Source: Cyanophora paradoxa CCMP329
Lineage: Eukaryota; Plantae; Glaucophyta
DNA length: 64,000 bases
Reading direction: 5' to 3'
Assembly: GCA_004431415.1 (NCBI GenBank)
Contig: QPMI01000522.1
Span: 272,042 to 336,041 of the forward strand
Shown here: in pieces, positions 46,701-56,735 of the stretch
Position numbering within the stretch: position 1 is the stretch's first letter
How the letters are laid out: every line of letters starts with the position of its first letter
The notes under the pieces: generated by a model
What the model was told of the DNA's origin: nothing
The model's database searches: none
What the model saw: the letters and a program-made list of their open reading frames with translations, nothing else
Made by a program: the position numbers and the translations under genes

Positions 46701-48867
46701 TCCCCGCCACAGGCTCGCTTCCGTCCGCAGTTCTCTGTGCATCTCCTCCACGTCGCCGTATGCTATCCAGATGGCATCGCTGATGGGCCTCTGAACAGCC
46801 TGACGCTCAAAGTTTTTCCACTTCTCATCGGCCATCTTTCTCCTCAGTTCTTCGGCGTCTTTCTGACCCCTTCCCGTCAGCTGATCCATAACGTAGCTAA
46901 AGTCGCGCATGTTCTCTTCCATGGCGCGGAGCCTGTCCCCCGATGCATTTCCTTCTTTCAGTCTTTTGAGCTCCGAGCGGTAAAAATCCATCTGCGCCCC
47001 CTGAACGTCTCCAGTCGTCGCTTACGCTCCGCTACCTTCGGCTCCTCCAGCCGTGCAAATTCCTCGTCTGATGCAGTTTGCATTGCCTTCAGTCGTTCCT
47101 CTTCTGTCTTGGCAGCTGCCTCCTCGTCCGCCCTGCGCCGCTGCTCTAACGCGTCGAAGAGGGCCCTCTGATCCTCGAGCGTGAGGCCAATGAGCTCTTC
47201 CACCTGGTCGCTCCTACCCAGCCGCGCGAAGGGCAGCCTCTCGGCGGCCGGCCTTGGATCGGGCCTTGGCGTCGTCTGCGTCTCCATTGTGCCCCTTGGC
47301 ACAGCCGTCCCTATCCTCTGCAGCTCGGCCGTCAGCGTTTTCACTTGCTGCTCTAGGTTGAATCGTATGGTGGATGCGAGCCCCTCTGCCTTCTGCCTCT
47401 CCTGTTCTCGCAGTTCGAGCTGCCTTAAATCCTCCTTTGCTTTTCTGGCTTGCTCCTCCGCTGCCTTTCGCTCATCGTCCAGCATCTTTGTGCCCTCTTC
47501 GACCTCGTTTGCTATGTTGACCTTGTTTGCTATTTCCATGTCCAGTTTCTCCAGCTCGGTCCTTGCCTGCTCCTTTGCCTCCCTTATCGCGTTTTCCACG
47601 ATCCTATCGGCCTCTCTCTTCCGGATCTCGGCTTTCTCCTCGGCCTCCAGGGATTTCTCAATTCTATCGCTCGCCTCTTTCAAATCGTCCGCTATCTTTT
47701 TCTCGGCCGCTGTCCTCATTTCGTTAAATTGCCGCTCCCTTGTCTTCAGCTCCTCTGCCAGTATTCTCACCTGCTCGTCTGAGTAAACGATCGTTTTGTT
47801 ATCTTTCTGCAGCTCTGCAATGTCCCTTTCGTACGCCTTCCGATCCCTGTAGTACTTTGCACCGCCTGCAATCAGGGCCGCGCCGAAGATTCCCGTTGTT
47901 GTACCAAGGATCGGCACGAGCGTACCCCCTCCGCCGCTCTCTCCGCCCGAGCCGCCGCCACCCGAGCCGCTGCTACCCCCGCCCCCCCCCACGGGCGTGC
48001 CACTGGAGCCCCCTCCGCCCCCGTGCCTGTACCCCCACCCCCGGTGCCTGTACCCCCACCCCCGGTGCCTGTACCCCCACCTCCCGTGCTTCCGCCGCCC
48101 GTACCCCCACCCGGAATCGCGCCCGGCACCTTGGGCCCGCCGATGATGTCGTCGTACAGGTGGCGGTGCGCCCAGTCCGTGATGTCGGCCTTCACATGCG
48201 GGTGCTTGACGAGGGCGTACCTCTCGTCGTGGAAGTGGTCCTTCAGCGCCCAGTTCTGCGTCTTCGCCCAGTCTGAGCGATCGGGGAGCACGTCGGGTGC
48301 CGTTGGGATGCGGCCCCCGCCCGTCGTCTCCGGCGTCTCGCCCGTCCTGTCGGCGCTCAGGGCGCGGATGTTCACCTTGAAGTGGTCGAACCACGCGAAA
48401 AACTCCTCCCTGTCGCGCCTGTACTGCTCGGGCTCCATGCTCGGCAGCGCCTGGCGGCTCCAGTAGATGTGGCGCAGGGGGCCCGCGATGCGCTCGAGTG
48501 CGTTGTACCCGGGCCTCACGTCCCCCTCTGCGCCCTTTAGAGTCAGTTTCACGAGGTTCAGGGTGGCGTCTTTCGCTGTAACGGAGTTTGCGATTTTCAC
48601 GTCGGCCGCCCTCTTAATAATGTTCCAGTCCACGCCCGTCTCGGTCGTGACGCCCCAGAGCCCCTTGATAATTGCGGTGAGGTCACCGTAATCGTCCAAG
48701 GTACCGACGGACGTCAGGAAATCGCTGTAGGTCGCGCCCTTGCGCAGCCTTATCTCGTCCGCGTAAATTCCCCTCACGCTCAGGCTCCCGTCTATCGCGA
48801 AGGCGCCGTTCAGCACCTCGTCCGGATTCGGGATGGCCATGCGCCAGGGGTCGTCGAGCATCGACAT
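43759..48867 (-). CDS. ~1700-aa chimeric protein: tail-fibre repeats, coiled coil, hydrophobic segment and lectin/gp53-like tip (3 frameshifts)
   Basis: ORFs 47872-48867, 46958-48394, 43872-46991 and the tail join by single additions in G/C runs; repeats WDSITGKPSTYPHADHQH and WDNVTGKPLTFPPSTHSH; C-terminus ITFGQAY...VSHTGFTV...IHWTAIG. Confidence 0.7.
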
Positions 48868-48892
48868 TTTATCCGCGAGAGAGAAAAATTAA

Positions 48893-49369
48893 CTAATGCT
48901 CCGCGTCCCACGTCCACTTCAGCTTGCCGCTCACCTCGCCCGTTGTCCAACGGCCCACGGGCACCTGCCAGAAAACGTCGGCGTAGGGGTAATCGGGCCT
49001 GATAGTGATCTGCTCGTCACGCAGCCAGCGGTAGGCCTCGGAGGCGTCGCGTATTTTCGGCTCCCAGTATTCCCCGCCCGTGCCGTTCGGCAGCGAGTAC
49101 CCCTCCCTTGCTACCCGTACCCTGTAAACGTGCTCGCCCGTTAGCGTGTCTACCCCCCTGTACTCGAATTCTACGATTAAGGCCAAGTCCTGCCATGCGC
49201 TCTCGCCGAGACGGATGTGACTGAGGCTGTGCAGCAGCCCGTATTTAATTGGACCAGAGGCGGTTACAAGATCGACTCTGTAAGTGAGGGGCGAGGGGTA
49301 GCCAGGCACGCCCGTAAAGGTGCGCGTCTTGACGCCCGAGCCCTTTCGCGGGAATATGATCAGGCGCAT
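48893..49369 (-). CDS. Viral hypothetical protein (158 aa)
   Basis: Intact ORF with upstream GATTTTCGCA...TAAATG motif. Confidence 0.65.
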   Translation of the reverse strand: MRLIIFPRKGSGVKTRTFTGVPGYPSPLTYRVDLVTASGPIKYGLLHSLSHIRLGESAWQDLALIVEFEYRGVDTLTGEHVYRVRVAREGYSLPNGTGGEYWEPKIRDASEAYRWLRDEQITIRPDYPYADVFWQVPVGRWTTGEVSGKLKWTWDAEH

Positions 49370-49389
49370 TTAAGGGGGCCTGCGAAAAT

Positions 49390-49839
49390 CTATTTCGCAA
49401 AGGCCCAGAGGCCGAAGTTCTTGACGATGAAGGCGTTGTTCTTCTTGGTGGCGCCCGTGATGTCGGTGAAGCGCACGCGCAGCTCCTGGAACTTGTCGTA
49501 CGCGACGTAGTTCGGGCGCACGGCCATGGGCACCTCGAACCAGTAGAGGATGGTGTTCTCGAGGCCGTCGTGGCCCCACGTCGGGATCACGACCTTGTTG
49601 ATGCACGTGTTGACGTTCGAGATGGTCGTGACGTTCAAGTCGGGCACGTCCATCAGCAGAACGTTGACGGTTTTCGCGGCGGTGGGGTCCGGAATCGCGG
49701 TCGTGTCCAGCTCCAGGTAGACGCCCTTGATCTGCAGCGTGTCGATGTCGGCGGGGATCTGGTTCAGCCTGAGGCGCCAGAAGCCCTCGGAATCCTGCGT
49801 CTCTCCGTTCGACTGGACGTAGAGGTTGACGCAGGACAT
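49390..49839 (-). CDS. Probable minor capsid (penton) protein, single jelly-roll
   Basis: 149 aa, all-beta pattern LYVQS...WRLRL..IDTLQIKGVYL...LLMDVPDL...FQELRVRFTDITG...FGL resembling penton proteins of double-jelly-roll viruses. Confidence 0.55.
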   Translation of the reverse strand: MSCVNLYVQSNGETQDSEGFWRLRLNQIPADIDTLQIKGVYLELDTTAIPDPTAAKTVNVLLMDVPDLNVTTISNVNTCINKVVIPTWGHDGLENTILYWFEVPMAVRPNYVAYDKFQELRVRFTDITGATKKNNAFIVKNFGLWAFAK

Positions 49840-49862
49840 TATTTAGGAAGGGGCCTGAGAAA

Positions 49863-50051
49863 TTATGCCTTCCTCAGGCCGTTGAGGAGGTAGGGCCCCA
49901 CGAAGTAGTAGCCCGCGAACTGCGCGGCGAGGATCCGCACGAGGTAGTAGCGCGCGGGCGACATGTAGGCGACCGCGCCGAGGGTCAGCAGGCTGCCCAG
50001 GTAGCGGGAATCGCTGGTGATATCATCGAGGCTCGGGAGCATGGACGACAT
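49863..50051 (-). CDS. Small viral membrane protein (62 aa)
   Basis: Two hydrophobic stretches; upstream AAATTTCTGA motif. Confidence 0.55.
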   Translation of the reverse strand: MSSMLPSLDDITSDSRYLGSLLTLGAVAYMSPARYYLVRILAAQFAGYYFVGPYLLNGLRKA

Positions 50052-50073
50052 TGTTAAGGGCCCATTCAGAAAT

Positions 50074-50424
50074 TTACTTGGGCATGAAGAAATTCCTGAC
50101 GCGCTCTCCCTCCTCGTGCAGCGCCCACTGCAGCCGGTCGATGACGGCGGCCATCACGGGCGGGCTCGCGGCGGGGTTCTTCGCGTACGCCCGGGCGTCC
50201 TCTGCCATCTGGGGGTGGTACTGCTCGACGCGCTTGGCGTAGCTCGCGATGGCGCGGCGGGTGCACCGATCCAGGTCAGCCGCCATTTCCGCCGGTGCCT
50301 TCGGCTGCTGCTGCTTCTTTCGCGCGTAAGTCCTAAGAAGCCAAGGGTAGGCCGCGGTGCTGCTGCTGGAGTTGCTGGGCGCTGGAGCCTCTGCGCTGGG
50401 GGCTGGTGTCGCGGGAGTCTCCAT
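50074..50424 (-). CDS. Viral hypothetical protein (116 aa)
   Basis: Intact ORF packed between neighbours; upstream TTTTTTTCTAG motif. Confidence 0.6.
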   Translation of the reverse strand: METPATPAPSAEAPAPSNSSSSTAAYPWLLRTYARKKQQQPKAPAEMAADLDRCTRRAIASYAKRVEQYHPQMAEDARAYAKNPAASPPVMAAVIDRLQWALHEEGERVRNFFMPK

Positions 50425-50490
50425 TTCCCATGTTCTCTAGAAAAAAACGGGTACCGGTTTGCGTCATCTGAATGTCGACGTGGTGCGGCC

Positions 50491-50703
50491 CTATGTTCTG
50501 CGTGCTCTCGCGCCTCTGCTGCTCCGGTGGGGTTCGGGCTCGGGCTGTCCGCGGCGGACGACCCTAAGGGCCGCCGCCTTCAGGGCGCCCAGCACTGTGT
50601 TGGGGCCGACGCGCTCCGTGCCGCCCAGCAGCTCCGAGACCAGGAAGAGCGCGCCGCAGACGACGGTGATGATGTCCGAGTGGGTGCATTCCCCCTGGAA
50701 CAT
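50491..50703 (-). CDS. Small viral membrane protein (70 aa)
   Basis: IITVVCGALFLVSELLG hydrophobic helix; upstream TAAATCTGA motif. Confidence 0.55.
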   Translation of the reverse strand: MFQGECTHSDIITVVCGALFLVSELLGGTERVGPNTVLGALKAAALRVVRRGQPEPEPHRSSRGARARRT

Positions 50704-50725
50704 TTTCGCGGGCCCGTCAGATTTA

Positions 50726-52755
50726 TTATCCGCTACCCCTTCCCCTTCCGCGCCCCTTGCCTTTGCCGCGCCCTCGGCCCCTGGCCCTCAGGTCGCCGAT
50801 TTCCGCGGCCTGCGGCGCGAAGCGGGGATCGTCCGCCTGGCCGGCGTCCGCCTGGAAAATCGTGAAGAGGTACCCGTCCGTGTTGTTGTCGGTGTTGTTC
50901 GTGTTTCGCGCGTGCGACCACTCTTTCAGTAAATCGCGCCTCTGCTTGTCGGGCAGCGTCTTTGAGAGGTACTCCTGCAGCTTGCTCGCGTAATTTTCCT
51001 CTGGGATCAGCGACGCAAGGACGGTGGGCGGATCTTTCCCCATGCCTATCTTCTCTTCCGTCAGCATGCGCTCGAGCTCTGCGATTTCCACCATCGTATC
51101 GATGCTCGGTTGAGGCCCTGCCTCTGCCCTCTTCTGGTCTACGAGGCGCTGCCCCGCCGCCGTGAATTTCGCGGACAGAATTTGGTGCAGCCGCTCGTAC
51201 ACCGTCGTGGTGCTCGGCTCCTTCTCCTTCAGCAGCACCACCCAGTCGTAATTCGCCCACAGCACCTGCAAATTCGATATGTGATCGATCGTCACCAGCA
51301 CGTGGGCGTGCAGCGCGCCGTCCGTCGGCCCCACCTCCACGCCCCCTTGCACGCGAATTCCGATGATTGCGTTGGCGTACGTGTCGTCCTTGTACTTGCC
51401 GTTCTCTTCCTTCATATTGAAGCGTATGAACTTGTAGAATTCTGCATCCGAGAGCACCTCTGCGAGGCTGTCGCGCAGCGCCGCCGCCTCGAATTCTCGC
51501 GCCTCTCCCAGGCGCTTGTGGGTGTTGAAGAGCACCCAGTAGCGCGACTGGCGCGCCTGTCGTATGTCGTACCGCGTGCTTCCGTCGGGATTCTTTTTGT
51601 TGAGGATGAAGACCGACCGCCCCGTCTCGCTGATTTCCGTGATCACCTTCTCGAGCGCCTCCAGCCCGTTTGCCTGCGCCGCCTGCAGTCCCGTTTTCGC
51701 CTTCTCTATGTTCTGCTTTACCTCTTGCGCGTCCGCGAAGGTTGCCATTAAATCTTCCATGCTCGGCGCCACGATTTTCGCCTTTCTGATTTTCGACTGC
51801 GCAGAGTTGGGCTCGATGACGGACGATCCGAAGTCAGCGGCCGTATCCTTTGCCTTTTTCGTGGTCTTTGGCTTCGGCCCGCCGAGCACGCTCTCGACCA
51901 TGTGGTCGCGCGTCTGCTTGGAGACGGTGGCCGTGTCGCCCCTCTTTCGCCTCTGCAGGCCCAAGATCACGAGCAGGCCCTTGTTGCCGAGCAGCGTGAC
52001 GCACTTCTGGCAGAGCCACGAGTTTCTGGGCGACACCGTGGGCACCTGCGCCGGCTTCTTGTCCTTGATGAGGGGTACGGCTCCTGGCCCTTTTTCTTTC
52101 CCTTGCCGTTTTGCTTGGCCGCCCACGCGTTTGCCTTCTCTATGACCGCGACGTACTCTTCGTACACGGCATCCTTCCTCGCCTGCGCTGCCTCCCTCGC
52201 GGCGATTTTCTCTGGCGTGTTGGCCCCCTTGGCGCTCGGCACGGGCGTGGCTTCGTACATGAGGCGAAGGCAGCGGTAGCAGATTGGCGGCGATTTCTGC
52301 GCGCTCTGGTACGTGCGCGGTATGGCGCGCAGTCGCTCCTCGGGGAGTTTATCGTACTCGATTTCGCTGTGGATGCTCCAGAGGGTCGCGGGCTCGTGGT
52401 ATGATTTATCGAGCAGCGATGGGAGCATCTGAACTTCTTTGGTGGCCGAGAGCTTGATGTAATCGGATATGCTCTTCTGCTGCTGGAATATGCCGTCCTC
52501 GCCCTGAACCAGCACGTATCGCTTCGGAATCTCAACGACGGGCGTCTCGAGCTCGTCCACGCCGGTATCGGGCGCGTTTCCCTTTGCCTTTCCCTTTCCC
52601 TTCCCCTTGCCCTTGCCCTTCGGCTTAGGCTCCGGCTCCTCTTCCTCTTCCTCCTCTTCTTCCTCCGACTCGGAGGACGGGGACGTGGGCTCCTCTTCCT
52701 CTGACTCGCTCGAGCTCTCTGGCTTCTTCTTGCGGCCTCGGCGCTTCGGAGGCAT
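50726..52755 (-). CDS. Long HUH-superfamily endonuclease with acidic/basic N-terminus and CxxC..CxxC (frameshift ~52073)
   Basis: Motif I-like SRYWVLFNT, motif II EVGPTDGALHAHVLV, motif III QEYLSK; one added base joins ...GQEPYP to LIKDKK... Confidence 0.75.
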
Positions 52756-52776
52756 TTATTGGACACGAGAAAAAAT

Positions 52777-53619
52777 TTACACGAGCTTTACAGCGCCCGT
52801 CTCGAGGGCCTCTACCGTCTTCGTAATGTACAGCTGCAGCAGATCCTTAAGGTTGCTCTGCGGCAGCAATTTTACGTCTACGTGCATCTGCCTGGCGGTT
52901 TCTCGCTTCCTGTAGCCCGTCTCCTTGCCCGTCCACTGCATGCCGAGGGCGTCCTTTCTCCGTATCGGCCGCACCGCCGTCTTCTGGTACTCCTCCCCGA
53001 ACCAGTCGTCCTTGTAGAAATTCGGCAGGCCGCCCTGCCCCTCCGTTTGCATGAACTTGATGAGGAAATCCGACGCCTTCTTGCCGTCGAATTGCACGCG
53101 CGAGTAGTGCACCAGCGTGAGCAGGATGTGCGCGTGGAGCCGCCCCGACCGCGGCCCGTACTCGATGCCGATGTTCGCGTTGCCCTTCTCCACGTGCGTG
53201 TCGTACTGGTCGGACTTGAAATCGAAGCCCTTGGGGTTCGCCTTGTCGGGGTACACCCCCATCTTTATGCACCGCGCCAGCTGCCTGTCGTCGTAGAAGA
53301 GGGCCTCCAGCCCCCTGTGAAACGCGTCCTGCACCTTGGAGCCCTCTCCCCTGCTCCGCGGCTTGTAGTTGGTCTGGATGGTGATCATGAAATTCGACTC
53401 GCGCTGCGGCCGATCCTCCCCGTTCAGTTTCCTCACGGGCGCCGCGTCCAGCACCTTCTGGAACCACGTCTTGTCGGGCGCCAGCACCTTGTCGTTGATG
53501 TTGCCCACCACGATGTGCGTCTCTACCCGGGAGCGGCCGGAGGCGTCCATGCGGAGGTGAGGGTTCGGTGCCCGGGCTTGCCTGTTTGCTGCCACGCCCC
53601 TCGCGATGAGGTTGAGCAT
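52777..53619 (-). CDS. HUH-superfamily endonuclease (rolling-circle Rep-like), short form
   Basis: Motif I-like SNFMITIQT, motif II EYGPRSGRLHAHILL, motif III QLYITK; ATG 53619 chosen from upstream AAATTTTCTAG motif. Confidence 0.8.
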   Translation of the reverse strand: MLNLIARGVAANRQARAPNPHLRMDASGRSRVETHIVVGNINDKVLAPDKTWFQKVLDAAPVRKLNGEDRPQRESNFMITIQTNYKPRSRGEGSKVQDAFHRGLEALFYDDRQLARCIKMGVYPDKANPKGFDFKSDQYDTHVEKGNANIGIEYGPRSGRLHAHILLTLVHYSRVQFDGKKASDFLIKFMQTEGQGGLPNFYKDDWFGEEYQKTAVRPIRRKDALGMQWTGKETGYRKRETARQMHVDVKLLPQSNLKDLLQLYITKTVEALETGAVKLV

Positions 53620-53735
53620 GTCAGACCAAGGCCTAGAAAATTTTCCGAGGCTGGGGTGAGCTTCCACGTGGGGCCCCGGGGTACGTCCGCACCTCACCTG
53701 AGCATCACCTGAGCCTCACATGAATCACCTGAGCA
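53620..53735. promoter_or_regulatory. Divergent intergenic region with iteron-like TCACCTGAGC repeats
   Basis: Three exact copies and one degenerate copy at 53693-53734; GGTGAG (53655) / CTCACC (53693) inverted pair; palindromes CCACGTGG and GGGGCCCC. Confidence 0.5.
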
Positions 53736-53850
53736 ACGCCTTCTGCAACAAGTGCTTCCTCACTTGCAAGTGGGACCCACTCTCCTCTGAGAAGCCAACC
53801 TGTTGGTTCTGCAGGGGAATAGCTCAGCTGCAGTACGAGGACTCAGAGGA

Positions 53851-54681
53851 ATGGCAGACTCTAACGAAATCGATCTCCTCCTCCGAAACTTCGAGCAGAT
53901 CCAGCGCTACGGCGCCATCCTTCACGACGAGGGGGACCCAGACTTCGACACTCCGGCACCGTACCCCGCCGCCGCCGCCGCCATCGCCAACTCCTACCTC
54001 GGGGCCGGAGAGCGCCCCCGCAAGCGCAACCGCCGCACCCAAGGCCCCCAAGGCGAAGCCGCTGTCCCCTGCGGAAATTGCAGCTCTACCGCCCTCGTTG
54101 GTGTTCACCTGGATGGGGATCTGGTTTGCCAAGGCTGCGGTCTGGTCCTGGATCTTTATTATCCGGACCATCAACCCCTGGCTGTCAGCGAGCTCCACAG
54201 CAACTACCTGCGCAAGTACCACGTTTCCGAGCGACTTAAGCAGCACTGCCTGGAGGATTCTCCGGTACCCGAGGACGTGCTGGCAGCTATTGCGAGGCGC
54301 ATGGCGGGGAAGGAGTGGAGCAAAGACAATATCCGCCAAGTTCTCCGGGCTCTGAAGCAGCAGAAGTACATCGAGCGCTGGGCGCAGATCAAGTGGCGCA
54401 TCACGGGCGAGCGCCCGCCTCCGATGAGCGCGGAGGACATGGACCGGGTGCAGGAGATGTTCGCCCTGGTGGAGGTCCCCTTCAGCATGTTCAAGTCGCA
54501 GGGCAGGAAGAACATGCTCAACTACAATTACGTTTTCAGGCAGATTTTCGTGCTGCTGGATTTGCCCCAGCACCTCCCCTTTTTCCCCTTGCTCAAGAGC
54601 AGGCAGAAACTCTCGGAGTTAGATTCGATTTGGAACAGGATCTGCGAGTACAACGACTGGCATTTCTTTCCTACTCTTTAG
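53851..54681 (+). CDS. VLTF3: Viral late transcription factor 3 (poxvirus A2-like)
   Basis: Zn ribbon CGNC...GDLVCQGCG and C-terminal RKNMLNYNYVFRQIFVLL...FFPLLKSRQKLSELDSIWNRICEYNDWHFFPTL, a hallmark VLTF3 pattern. Confidence 0.92.
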   Translation: MADSNEIDLLLRNFEQIQRYGAILHDEGDPDFDTPAPYPAAAAAIANSYLGAGERPRKRNRRTQGPQGEAAVPCGNCSSTALVGVHLDGDLVCQGCGLVLDLYYPDHQPLAVSELHSNYLRKYHVSERLKQHCLEDSPVPEDVLAAIARRMAGKEWSKDNIRQVLRALKQQKYIERWAQIKWRITGERPPPMSAEDMDRVQEMFALVEVPFSMFKSQGRKNMLNYNYVFRQIFVLLDLPQHLPFFPLLKSRQKLSELDSIWNRICEYNDWHFFPTL

Positions 54682-55026
54682 CTACTCTTTAGTGATCGCG
54701 GCGGCCTTCCGCTCGAGCGCCTGCTTGATTCCGAAGCTGGCGCTGGTAGCCTTGATTAGCATGTTCGTCTGCCCGTGTGTGAATCCGAGGATGAACATAA
54801 TTCCGCCGGTGGGGTCGTCGTCGAAGAACTTGAGGGTGAGCACGTATTTCGAGAGCAGGCCGAGGGAGAGGCCGTTGACGGCGACTTGCGCGGCGAGCTC
54901 GGCTGCGTGGCCCGCCCTGTTTTCGCCTTCGTGCGAGGAGAAGGCGGCGTCGATGAGGGAGCCGGATGCCAGGCCGAGGGCGTACTGCACGATAGCCTGG
55001 GAGAGCCCTAGGAGCACCTTTGACAT
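54682..55026 (-). CDS. Viral membrane protein resembling a conserved NCLDV membrane family
   Basis: Hydrophobic helices with G.LID..F...E...Q...G......Q......K pattern. Confidence 0.55.
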   Translation of the reverse strand: MSKVLLGLSQAIVQYALGLASGSLIDAAFSSHEGENRAGHAAELAAQVAVNGLSLGLLSKYVLTLKFFDDDPTGGIMFILGFTHGQTNMLIKATSASFGIKQALERKAAAITKE

Positions 55027-55061
55027 TTTCCTAGCGCCTCGGAAATTTTTAAGGGGCGCGC

Positions 55062-55412
55062 CTAGGCGTCGGAGTCCTCGTCCTCGGTCTCCTCTGCCTC
55101 CTCCTCCGAGCCCGATTCCGAGGTCGCAAAATCGTCCGGGTCGCGCACGTAAATCACCCTGTCTCCCTCTTCGTCTGTCATCTCCTCCGAGCTGGTGTCC
55201 TCACTGCCCAGCGACTCGGCCGCGGCCTCGTCCGCCGCCTCCGCGGTCAGGCGCTCCCAGTTAATTCCCAGCGCGTCGCAGATCCTCTCCAGGGCGCTGC
55301 TGACCTCGCCGTCGTTAAAGGGCGAGGAGGGGTCGAGGCTCGCCTCCAGGAGGCAGTCGTAAGCGATGGACTCGACGCGGAAGACGGAGGCGATGTGGGC
55401 GCTGGGCGACAT
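55062..55412 (-). CDS. Viral acidic hypothetical protein (116 aa)
   Basis: Intact ORF; upstream GATTTTTTCTGA motif; acidic tail. Confidence 0.6.
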   Translation of the reverse strand: MSPSAHIASVFRVESIAYDCLLEASLDPSSPFNDGEVSSALERICDALGINWERLTAEAADEAAAESLGSEDTSSEEMTDEEGDRVIYVRDPDDFATSESGSEEEAEETEDEDSDA

Positions 55413-55438
55413 GCTTACGCACGAAGCCTCAGAAAAAA

Positions 55439-56508
55439 TCAGGCGAGGCCGCGGTGCTTCCTGAAATTATCTATCATGCCGAGGAGCGTCTTGTCCACCG
55501 TGCCGTCGTCCGGACCCACGAGATTTTCTCCGTTGACGGTTTCGCCCTCCCAGTACTCCTTGGATCCGATGCGGAAGGGGGGCGGCTCCTCGGCCTTGTA
55601 GACGTACAAAACGTCCAGAGGGTTCGTAGAGTTGTTGGAAGAATCGATGATAAGGCAGTGGTTATCCTGCGTGTACTTATCGAGCAGGTAGTAGAAGGCG
55701 CGCTGGGAGATGATGTCGCCCCACTCCTTTGCGAGGGCCTCGCGCTGCATCGCCTGCGAGCACTTGAAAATGACAGCCAGATCAGTATTGGAGCGCAGGA
55801 CGGGATTGATGCCCTTGGCATACTGCGTCGTGATAAGGGTCATGATTTTGTAGTGGCGCCCCGCCACGAAGAGCTCGTTGAGGGCCTCGTCGTACCGCAG
55901 CCGAGCGTCGGAAATCACGTCGTCGAGCAGCACGAAAAATCGCGGGTCGACGGGATCCTCCTTTCCCGCGAGCACGTCTTCGGACTTGTTGTGCTGCATG
56001 ATCGCCTGCTGCCTCCTGAATAAATGGAAGAGCACGCCCGGGTTGTACTTGGGCCAGATGAAGCGCTGCGGGATGTACTGCTTCCAGTAGCCGTTCAGGC
56101 GATCGGTCTGGCTGATCACGATACCCCCCGGGAAGGTGCCGGAGAGGTTGAACATGAGATCGCGGAGGAAGAAGGACTTGCCCGTGCGCCGCTTGCCGAC
56201 GCAGACGACCGTGGCGTCGGACTTGACGGTGTTCACGTCGAACCACTTGAGCTCGGGCAGGCAGGCCATGCGCTCGATGCCTCCCGTCTTCGAGTTGTCG
56301 AGGAAGGCGTTGACCTGCTCGGGCGTGAGCTGCTGGCCGTCCTCTGTCATGCCCATGGCGCAGCTGGCGCCGGCGGCGGGGGCCGTGCCCGAGCCCGTGC
56401 CGGTGGCCTGGCCGGCGGGGCGGGGGCCGCGGGCGCTGCGCCTGCGGGCTGGGCGGGCTGGGGCTTGGCCGCCTTCGGCTTCTTCGGCTTCTTGGGGTCC
56501 TTGGCCAT
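55439..56508 (-). CDS. A32-like (FtsK-HerA superfamily) genome-packaging ATPase
   Basis: Walker A VCVGKRRTGKS, Walker B FFVLLDDV, AGRHYKI..LITTQY..GINPVLRSNTD, FRIGSKEYW. Core ORF is 55439-56356; likely start TAAAATG at 56508 via one frameshift in a GC run. Confidence 0.93.
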
Positions 56509-56522
56509 TTTACCCCCTTCAT

Positions 56523-56735
56523 TCAGATTTTTCGAGGGTGCTCCAGGTCCTCGTAGTCGATACCTAGCTCCAGGTCCTCGTAGTCGATACCTAGCAGCGC
56601 GCAGCCCTCTCTAATGCAGCTTTCGAAATCGCTCAGAATGTCTGGAACGCTTTGGCTGTAGTCTGAGCTGAAGAACTCATCTCGGTAATGTCGATGCACC
56701 ATCCGGATGAATTTTTCCGCCCAGGCCTCTGCCAT
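56523..56735 (-). CDS. Small acidic viral protein with internal 27-bp duplication
   Basis: LGIDYEDLE x2; flanked by direct repeat CCCCCTTCATTCAGATTTT. Confidence 0.5.
   Translation of the reverse strand: MAEAWAEKFIRMVHRHYRDEFFSSDYSQSVPDILSDFESCIREGCALLGIDYEDLELGIDYEDLEHPRKI

Noticed and set aside
38613-48867. Bacterial prophage or contaminant, suggested by tail fibres, S74 and HNH
   Set aside because: No terminase, portal or HK97 capsid; starts lack a consistent Shine-Dalgarno and share the same upstream motif as the eukaryotic-virus core genes.
50726-53619. Independent CRESS virus or Helitron insertion
   Set aside because: No fused SF3 or PIF1 helicase; both genes use the element-wide upstream motif and tight packing, so they look native to the element.
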